NCBI GenBank assembly: GCA_964539825.1
Contig: CAZIKF010000001.1
Coordinates: 223,478 to 287,477, forward strand
DNA length: 64,000 nt
Source: an uncultured bacterium
GTDB lineage: Bacteria > Muiribacteriota > UBA6191
Reading direction: 5' to 3'
The translations under genes were made by a program, and so were the position numbers. This document shows positions 58,601-64,000 of the stretch, piece after piece; the stretch's first letter is position 1, and each line of letters begins with the position of its first letter. The notes beneath the pieces are model-generated. The model was not told the DNA's origin. It saw only the letters and a list, made by a program, of their open reading frames with translations, and made no database searches.

Positions 58601-61319
58601 TAACGTCTTCGTTAAAAGGCGGCAGCGAGGCATCAATCGCCCCGGTTATATTTTCCAGCTGAAACTCCCTTGAACTTGTCGGAGTCTGAAGTTGTGAGGA
58701 AAATATTGTGCCGCGCAGTGGGTCCTTAAACTGGATTGAATCTCCGGTAGAGATCTGAATCTGTCCGAGGGAAAAGCCTGAAGTTGTCAGGGTGACCTTG
58801 GAGCTTACGCCAAAATCGAGCCTCTGCCCAAACTCGATTGCTGTGGTAGTAATAAATTCATATTCAATACTGAGCTGGGCTAAAGTTGGATCCTGGAAAA
58901 ATAGTGTCCGGCTATCGACAGATCCCGGGGGAGGTTCACACAAGTTCTCGGGATTGGCACAAAGAAGCTGGAATTCTCCCACCAGAACCTCTGGCAAAGC
59001 CTTTTCAAGAGTTAGATCAACTTGGATATCTTCTCCCTGGATATTTAGTATTCGGGAGCGAAAGTTAGCAACCAGGGCATTTCCTGACGTATCGGTAAAA
59101 CTTCTGAGAAAGATCTCGTGACCCGCTGATGTACCGGGAGGAAGCGGACCAAATACTCTCAGAACCCGCACCTCATCTGCATAGGGATTATCCGTCCCAA
59201 GTCCTATATAAATCGATCGGTATTCCAGGGTAGTCGTAGCCGAGACATCCTCAGCCGCAAGAGCCTGGGCCAATTCAATACTGTTGTCCCTATAGGCATC
59301 AACGTTACGCCCGGAATATTTACTTAGCTGTAGTTTCAGAGGGACTTTATCGGTGGAACTAGGCCTCACATTTGAGAGAATAATAAAAGGATTATTGGGA
59401 TTCCCAGCAGTCAAAAGCATAGAGAGGGAGGAGAGAAAATCCCGCGGAACTACGGGGCTTTTGGCAGCCTCGTCAAAAAATTGAATCAAACCGGTATTCA
59501 GGTCAAATTTAAGACGTCCATGCTGGTGCAGAATCTGGTAGGGGAAATCATTATTGGATAAGCCGGGAACCACTTCGGAGGGAAATGAATCCACAATGAT
59601 TTCATCTTCATCGATAATACTAAGAACTTTGATTACACCAAGGGGCCTGGGAGAACCATCGGCAAAGGTAGCCCTGGTACCCAATTCCTCCGAATCACTC
59701 TGCGCGGCGTTGACCTCGCCGGCTATATTGATACCCAGGTCTGGCTGAAGTAAAAGATGATCTCCCTCTTTGACCATACGAGTAGTTGAATCGGCGCCTC
59801 CCGCACGGCCCTCCTCATCCAGTCCGAATAAACTGCCGGCATCTTTGAAAATACGTTGAGTCTCAATCTGCAGCGAGTTATAAATAAATTCATATTGAAT
59901 GGGGTCCGGATCATCGGTAACTTCAAGACTGCCTGGGGTGGAATCCAGGAAAACAATCCCGTTCGTCCCGATAGATTCAATCAGAAATCTCTTACCATCA
60001 TTGGGACCGGATCGGATTATGATTTCATCACCGGGCTGGATTGCTGAATCAAAGATCTGCAGCGAGGCATCTTGAAAAAATTTCTGCAGCAGAACCTCTC
60101 CCTTTTTCCTTCGAATCGAAAACTGCAGATCATCGAGAAGGACCCCATCTCCTATTGAGGGAGGAGGGGAAAGAGTGAAGCTCTGGGAATCCACCTGTAA
60201 AAAGTTGGAGAGAGTGGAGCCGCTATTGGGATCAGTGGAACTGATCACGAGCTGATCTCCCACGGTAATCTGTTCTCCTACCAGGGAGAAGTCATCATCA
60301 GGGACCTTCAATTCATAGAGCAAGGATTCAAGGACCACATCTCCCGCAGAACTGAATAAATCAAAAAATTCATCAATATTACTCTGTAAGAATTTCGCGT
60401 CGGTCAGAATCTTATAGCGAAAAACAGGGGCAAGATCATCTTCGGATTCCAACCTCAATCCGCTGGGTCCCAGCACTTCAAGAATCGTGTAGCGGTTGCC
60501 GAAAACGCCGGGATCAGCTCCTTCTACAATTTCTAAATACATGCCGGGTGCCGGCTTCGGGACCATGATAACAAAATCCACACTGGGATCATCAAATACA
60601 TCTACCGTTCCCAACTTGGGAAAAGCTACTCCTCCCACAGTTGCAGTAAGGACGGTGGTGAGTTCGAACATGTCATCCTGGGAACCCATTTGTACAAACA
60701 GCTCAGGATGTACTTTGTAAGAAAAACTATCCTGCTTTGACAGCTGTAAGCGGATGGACGCGTCAGAAAATGGATCCAGGGGATTAGCGGGAGAGAAAAG
60801 ATCATTGATGAATAACCTGTTCATACCATCATTCACCAGGTAAAGATCCAGGTCTCCGTCTTTATCATAATCCAGCCACTTCGCGTACCGGCCATTGGAG
60901 ACTCCGTCCTTCAAGAGGACCAGTTCAGGTCGATCTGGAACTGTCATTTTTGTGAAGCTGAGAGTATGTGTCTTGGGGATTTGCTCTCCAACCCCTTCAC
61001 AAGGGTTGTCATAGCTGCACAGATCGTTTCGAAAGAGCGCATTAGGCCCACCATCATTGACCACGTAAACATCGAGATCCCCATCCAGATCATAATCTCC
61101 AAATGTCGAATAAGTGGAGTTTAATCCCAGGTTCTGGGGATCCAGGTCAATCACTGGATCATCGGGGCTTAGCGGGAAATCTTTAATATTCCTGAATTCC
61201 ACATCACTGTAAGCACAGAAACCTAGTAAAAGGAAGAGAATGAGAAGACGGCAAAAGGACCAGATTGGAGTCCCTTTGCATATCCCCGGCCTTCGCCCAG
61301 GTTCATTGTTGTAGTTCAC
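52530..61319 (-). CDS. giant (2929 aa) secreted or surface-anchored multi-repeat protein with FG-GAP/VCBS-like, PKD/K319-like and TSP3-like calcium-binding repeats and a C-terminal conserved box plus TM anchor
   Basis: It has an N-terminal signal/TM segment. There are many FG-GAP-type calcium-binding repeats (DLDGDLDVYVVNDGGPNALF, DYDKDGDLDLYLVNDG, DWNSDGSLDLYILN, VDTDNDGFLDLSVLN). At least three PKD/K319-like modules are present (ANAGADQNL...LDGSSS, PVADAGLDS...LDGSRSFD...LSGP, ADAGPDL...LQGDRS). There is an Asp-rich TSP3-like stretch (DLDTDGDGLPNSIEVD...DFDGDGISNVEEF). The C-terminus has GGGGGCFIATAV, a hydrophobic helix and a basic tail. Confidence 0.8.
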   Translation of the reverse strand: MNYNNEPGRRPGICKGTPIWSFCRLLILFLLLGFCAYSDVEFRNIKDFPLSPDDPVIDLDPQNLGLNSTYSTFGDYDLDGDLDVYVVNDGGPNALFRNDLCSYDNPCEGVGEQIPKTHTLSFTKMTVPDRPELVLLKDGVSNGRYAKWLDYDKDGDLDLYLVNDGMNRLFINDLFSPANPLDPFSDASIRLQLSKQDSFSYKVHPELFVQMGSQDDMFELTTVLTATVGGVAFPKLGTVDVFDDPSVDFVIMVPKPAPGMYLEIVEGADPGVFGNRYTILEVLGPSGLRLESEDDLAPVFRYKILTDAKFLQSNIDEFFDLFSSAGDVVLESLLYELKVPDDDFSLVGEQITVGDQLVISSTDPNSGSTLSNFLQVDSQSFTLSPPPSIGDGVLLDDLQFSIRRKKGEVLLQKFFQDASLQIFDSAIQPGDEIIIRSGPNDGKRFLIESIGTNGIVFLDSTPGSLEVTDDPDPIQYEFIYNSLQIETQRIFKDAGSLFGLDEEGRAGGADSTTRMVKEGDHLLLQPDLGINIAGEVNAAQSDSEELGTRATFADGSPRPLGVIKVLSIIDEDEIIVDSFPSEVVPGLSNNDFPYQILHQHGRLKFDLNTGLIQFFDEAAKSPVVPRDFLSSLSMLLTAGNPNNPFIILSNVRPSSTDKVPLKLQLSKYSGRNVDAYRDNSIELAQALAAEDVSATTTLEYRSIYIGLGTDNPYADEVRVLRVFGPLPPGTSAGHEIFLRSFTDTSGNALVANFRSRILNIQGEDIQVDLTLEKALPEVLVGEFQLLCANPENLCEPPPGSVDSRTLFFQDPTLAQLSIEYEFITTTAIEFGQRLDFGVSSKVTLTTSGFSLGQIQISTGDSIQFKDPLRGTIFSSQLQTPTSSREFQLENITGAIDASLPPFNEDVKLGETGILPIYRGQLIDFRRIETSNPASNFTSLARIQDRVAFFSVNPTLGLTIAAVVPIGTVRTEFVQLRRSLLLDPTLSGLDISTISTSPFYFRFIRTTGELRALPAFVDRRVGFDLKSKIKTNDDNSIRGIVLLDVFRNSNTIEDLLEKRFRLKSFISNNVAEIFPGTLNRDSDTFDNYFYEIKEVLRDNGGILENHNGNGVFAEAGDWNSDGSLDLYILNKATDPNKPTLSDNTSSLLYGSVQTSALTTGFAFLEPTVPPADQDNELLNLPSQSPITKFLSAKMVIAEDFDSDQNDDLLIINEVDPDRLFLSRAVDLTAQRELFSRLPADAAEPGELDGLNTAASLLLLKPGSRGAAVGDLNNDSTQDLYYFVGNQTSTVTRNQLFLSEGGVFKPLALPINNPLLATMESGDAVWAEMVDTDNDGFLDLSVLNSNKHFLASPRMRGLLSEGNADIREVDSCGISDLNLNRHMEWGDLNLDGYPDYYISRGGTVVETNLLCVSLPGEKELTSNHFFVFEMIPRDLSTRRVENPTRDIHGGVLTITDITDPTDLTPATFVRNFDYRYPNPSEVVVGAGSASSVNVQVLWAEDSAYDYGTVTSTLITGRKIRLLQPDDFPVLTSREVFSSGSSPASTTVTVVGPKTTNIEVTGFTLLGGSREALTVESMVIFISGKGLGESVAILESSLIPRSSVKLYMDGSEADKNSDDYSSWTPDGRFDQDHDVLLGTAVLDSFIIPENVYPGLLDGNGKVVGFGGQPSIRASFKNLAYPSRSGSLVTSIVLNPARDGLPAQRASFLAVLTIDVSGEFIDSVIEILPYIPVKVDGGQTVALERTVAAGVPQNIENFLSSPFTRTHEISLRGKESLQLHKSVSLDSASLGSRDPTFFTTIPRSALSFPPVRSLTGVLTKVDQTEPPTPKLSVCPGEVSTPVLIRFVTVPLCGTAEPFSFLQVDNSISGQRVTTQVDVNGFWKVELSGLREGENRLEAVAVDLFGNASAELKHTITVDISSPIVTNVIVTNVGIHLATVTWNTTEGAVGFVSIRSLENPGIVQTFQELSQVNFSLGHSVTIGRPNSLFGGVRSDGTLPAQCHVSVLDADLQALCPNSTYFISISVRDPLGNESLFSDLLSFRTLEVRESTGSQDLNGDGSLDLDTDGDGLPNSIEVDPRFPDLDLFDPTDALLDFDGDGISNVEEFQSGKDMYNAFDFLPIANAGADQNLIPGVVLLDGSSSNLNRSTTADATFEWTLESAPGGLSETSPTILNRFSTQTFFVALHPGEYRVSLSIQTQPGVQSEKDEMVITIQNLSPVADAGLDSIGQVNQAIFLDGSRSFDPNKEDLSFLWVQLSGPRLGTGGNFGIANFREAKTSFQTDRTGLYEFELIVQDTAQLESRDRVTFRVNSTVEIFPIADAGPDLVTSVGLPVTLQGDRSGGADSTNNLLYFWELLTSATREVPSRCEGLETNDGISVSPGQASIANPIVTFSKAGIFAFVLKVQEEGKGIFSASDCVRVAVNEPDDLIPISRPKIFGTPALFTQNSSNSVSRIRRSIQSTDEAAGVFRVPVQFEIQMSGLDSFPDHNTISASAGSTFPQAVTTNDCKALDTIYKWRQSAGPLVTLAPVVRDCSIVSFVPVEPGIYSFDLSVSQVKDAGIFPSLARKLVLLVNDPDDKVSGANNFIPSVQAPDDRVVNLGLLELSAGPKCIDSDLRASAAEISNPVGEHTLSQADLVPCTSLVGVAPLTSIECVWRQIDGPPAIVEDFRACNLKATPKKAGTYTFGIQVNDGTYTSLEDQMIVVVLTSGQSAPRANAGVDQTSAINETVQLNGQLSTAVSGGFEYLWAQTKGLPVLLRNSRTRFPSFVPPAEDQYGFQLQIRDSKGIISLPDEMNVRVSTSLVTTGQSQAQTAEEIAKAFEVQGSGGGGGCFIATAVSDSKNSWLVHRLSWFRDAILLRSSLGRAFVGTYYRLSPPLAKAMKGSPALKIMVSLFLYPIALIMGPELLWCLFLLFTTLLLIRLRLVPSPPSIRP

Positions 61320-61399
61320 AATCCCTTTTCTCTCACTTTTTTCTATTCCTTAGTATTCACACGCCCAATATTCGTTAGCCCAGGGTTCTACTTAATTCT

Positions 61400-63007
61400 C
61401 TATTGCACAAGAGGTTTCAAATCCACCCACTCCACGGAGTAAATAATGACCGGTGCCTCCTTACCAACCACCTGTAGAGCGCCGATTTTTCGTGCCTTAA
61501 CGATATCCTTCACCTGTTGATAGGTATATTCCGTAATCAAAAAGTCAGACCGAAATTTCCTTGTGAGTCGCTCTACTCTTGCCGCGAGGTTAACCGAGTC
61601 GCCAATCACCGTATAGTCCATTCTTATAGAGGAACCAACATTTCCTACAATCATTTTTCCCGAATTCATACCCACACCTATGGTGAATGGCGCGGTGCCG
61701 TCCTTTTCCCACTGAAGCAACAATTTTTTGAGTTCGAGAACCATCTCGTAACCGGCTTGAACTGCTAGTTTCGCATGGATTGCCTGCTCCAGCGGAGCTC
61801 CCCAGAAAGCCATAATCTCATCGCCAATATATTTATCAAGAGTTCCATCATATTTAATAATGACCTGTGACATGCGAGTGAGATAATCATTGAGAGTCTT
61901 CACCACCTGTTCCGGGATATGCTTTTCACAATAGGACGTGAAGTTTCGTATATCCGCGAAGAGTAAGGTGATATCACGGGTCTGACCACCAAGGGCAATT
62001 TCCTTTCGGTTTTCAATCAGGGCATTGACTACATTAGGAGAGGTGAATTTGCCAAAAATCCCCCGGATACGCTCGTTTAAAGCTTCTTTTTCTTCGACCT
62101 TTCTCTGGGATTCAATCAGATCCTCTTCAATTTGTCCGAAGCTCCGAGCACTCTTCAGGGAGAGGCCTAATAATGTACATAGAGCCGAAAAAAACTGACG
62201 ATCTTCCTGTTTTAGACCTTCTTCAATTACCTCACCCACATTTATGATCCCGAAGATTTCATCGTCATAAAGAATAGGAGTGCAAATCTCCATAGAAACC
62301 GGATTTTGTGTATCAAGATGGGCGATTTTCAAGTTCTGCTTCAAGGTGCCTTTTTCAAGTCCAACCTTGTTAAGTCCCGCATATCCCAGTAGGGAGGTCT
62401 CATCGATGGGTATCTGTATTGAACCCTCGCGTGACAAAACCAGGTCGGTGGTTTCCTTCACCATAAGAAAAGCCTCATCTGGGTCCACCGAGAAATAGGT
62501 AATTCTCTGAAAGGGTAAGTGCTTTGATATCAGGTCCACAAATAAATGAATCAGCTCTTCTTCCTTGCGGGAAGAAGCCAGTTCTTTGAGATGGAGAAAA
62601 ATAGAGGAAACTCGTGATTTGGTTCGAAGCCCCGCTTCGCTGAGGTGCCTGGACTTTCTTACAATTTCGTCTCCCGAGCGCTCTATAATCTTCTCTTCCT
62701 TTTGGGATTTCTTTTGGCGATCCTTTGCTTCGAGAGCGTAGAGTAGATATCTCAGCAATAGCGGTGTGAATAGAAGGATCTGCAAACCGAAAAAAACTCC
62801 TGATCCAGATTTCAATGAAAGGAATACAAGAACCTGACCCGCTAAAGCCAGGATCACGAATCCAAGGTCCCGATAATTTTTCAAATGAAGCATCCAGCGG
62901 ACAGCACTGTTCCACGCCCCTCCAATCATACAGAAAGAGCGTAAATTCTTCAATTTATGTCTACAAATCCACGCCTTTGTGATTCGTTTGCTATTCGTTA
63001 TAGGCAA
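61400..63007 (-). CDS. membrane-anchored GAF-domain class III adenylate/guanylate cyclase
   Basis: N-terminal TM helices, a central GAF-like region, and a C-terminal CHD (LLFADIRNFTSYCE...KYIGDEIMAFWGAP...GDSVNLAARVE). The true start is probably an internal Met. Confidence 0.75.
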   Translation of the reverse strand: MPITNSKRITKAWICRHKLKNLRSFCMIGGAWNSAVRWMLHLKNYRDLGFVILALAGQVLVFLSLKSGSGVFFGLQILLFTPLLLRYLLYALEAKDRQKKSQKEEKIIERSGDEIVRKSRHLSEAGLRTKSRVSSIFLHLKELASSRKEEELIHLFVDLISKHLPFQRITYFSVDPDEAFLMVKETTDLVLSREGSIQIPIDETSLLGYAGLNKVGLEKGTLKQNLKIAHLDTQNPVSMEICTPILYDDEIFGIINVGEVIEEGLKQEDRQFFSALCTLLGLSLKSARSFGQIEEDLIESQRKVEEKEALNERIRGIFGKFTSPNVVNALIENRKEIALGGQTRDITLLFADIRNFTSYCEKHIPEQVVKTLNDYLTRMSQVIIKYDGTLDKYIGDEIMAFWGAPLEQAIHAKLAVQAGYEMVLELKKLLLQWEKDGTAPFTIGVGMNSGKMIVGNVGSSIRMDYTVIGDSVNLAARVERLTRKFRSDFLITEYTYQQVKDIVKARKIGALQVVGKEAPVIIYSVEWVDLKPLVQ

Positions 63008-63025
63008 TTCTTGAAAAGATGTGGA

Positions 63026-63949
63026 TCAGCAGAACTCTTTGACCTGGCGACTTTGGGAACGAAGATGATCCAGGTCAGCGCTTATCCTATACCATAAGAA
63101 AGTTCTCTTGATCCCAGCAGGCCATCTCTTATATTCCCCGTCGGAGTACTTTATCCAAAATTTCTGGAATTCTCTAAGCACTTCCATCGCCTTATCCAAC
63201 TGCCTATCCGAATAACCGGATTTTGCCAGCGAAGAAGCCTCAAGAGTTATCCTCTTAACCCCCTCCAGTTCAATTGATAATAAGACTTTGACGGGCCCCC
63301 TGAGTAAGAAGGGTAGGGAATTTGATGTGCCGCTTTTAATCCATACTTTCACAATAAAATCGAGAATCTCTGAATCCTGGCTGGCTGGACATCCCCAGTT
63401 CTTTGCCTGCACCTTTGCGAAACGAAGGAATTCTTCACGAAACCGAGGCTCGGGCAGGTCGGCAGCCCCCCTACAGAAGTTCTCTAAGAGAGGAGCAGCC
63501 CTGGCAGCAAGTGGCAACCGCCTCCTTTCAAAAAAGACCATACAAAGAAAGACCAGTAGATAAAAGAGGATCGTGAAGTGAATGGAAAAGACATCCGTTA
63601 CCAGGACTCTATAATCCAAGTCCAGGGCCAGCATTGTTAATGCCTCGAATCCGCCTTCAAAGAAACTTAAGACAGGAAGGTAGAACCAGCTGATATTCCC
63701 TAGTATTAGTGCTGAGCATAACATCAGCATCATGGCGGCAAGTATGATTCCAAGCGGGGTGGACAATAAAACACCCATCACGCTAGCCAGCGAGTATTCC
63801 CCAAACACGCATAGAAAATAGGGACATAGTAGAAGATGAAGGATCGCGATCCAAAAAACTTTTTTTAAAAAGAAACCGTGGGAGATCAATCCTGACCAAA
63901 GTAAGTATGCGGTAATACCATAGGTGAGATGAAAGGCTGGAGAAACCAA
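63026..63949 (-). CDS. hypothetical polytopic membrane protein with a cytoplasmic C-terminal domain
   Basis: About 5 N-terminal TM helices, then a roughly 150-aa soluble domain. I recognise no family. Its upstream end is near the window edge. Confidence 0.4.
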   Translation of the reverse strand: MVSPAFHLTYGITAYLLWSGLISHGFFLKKVFWIAILHLLLCPYFLCVFGEYSLASVMGVLLSTPLGIILAAMMLMLCSALILGNISWFYLPVLSFFEGGFEALTMLALDLDYRVLVTDVFSIHFTILFYLLVFLCMVFFERRRLPLAARAAPLLENFCRGAADLPEPRFREEFLRFAKVQAKNWGCPASQDSEILDFIVKVWIKSGTSNSLPFLLRGPVKVLLSIELEGVKRITLEASSLAKSGYSDRQLDKAMEVLREFQKFWIKYSDGEYKRWPAGIKRTFLWYRISADLDHLRSQSRQVKEFC

Positions 63950-64000
63950 ATCCTGGGGTCTAAAGAGTACATGCAGCCAGAATACCAGGGCTAATAGTCG

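Noticed and set aside
53130-60720. Numerous 60-150-aa plus-strand ORFs inside the giant gene (for example 53341..53793 and 58792..59121)
   Set aside because: All are antisense to a continuous 8.8-kb reading frame with strong codon bias. They are typical shadow ORFs.

Overview
This is a 64-kb chromosomal window from a diderm (Gram-negative) bacterium. I cannot place the lineage from sequence alone. Coding density is high, and housekeeping genes dominate the first half and the last third. These include ispH, meaB, hemE, the tRNA-Leu–tig–clpP–clpX block, dcd, and a ribD-ribE-ribBA-ribH operon. Three tRNA genes lie on the minus strand: Leu-TAG, Arg-TCG, and His-GTG with an encoded G-1. None has an encoded CCA. 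An isolated flgH-flgI pair (flagellar L- and P-ring proteins) sits next to the Arg/His tRNAs. The centre of the window (about 21.1–37.6 kb, all minus strand) is an uninterrupted array of respiratory membrane-complex genes. It opens with a NuoE-like [2Fe-2S] thioredoxin-like ferredoxin. Next is a complete but reordered Mrp-type cation/proton antiporter module, in the order E-F-G-B'-B-C-D-D'-small ORF-A' (B' an MbhD/DUF4040-like protein, A' a NuoL-like protein lacking the MrpB domain). An Alternative Complex III operon follows directly: actA, a small twin-arginine-like ORF, actB, actC, a fused actD/E, and actF. A sensor-less histidine kinase and a sigma-54 response regulator lie just upstream of the array. 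A 165-bp tandem repeat (about 2.3 copies) sits just downstream. The repeat is rich in palindromes and ends in an inverted copy of its own core. Other notable content is a possible pterin-synthesis cluster made of a glutaredoxin-like protein, an SDR and two tandem PTPS/QueD genes. There is also a 2929-aa surface protein with FG-GAP, PKD/K319-like and calcium-binding TSP3-like repeats and a conserved C-terminal box plus a TM anchor. The window further holds a membrane-anchored GAF class III nucleotidyl cyclase, several TPR proteins, and an O-antigen-ligase-like/TPR fusion. I saw no transposases, integrases, phage genes or CRISPR arrays. The item I would look at first is the 16.5-kb NuoE-like–Mrp–ACIII array, together with its flanking regulators and repeat.
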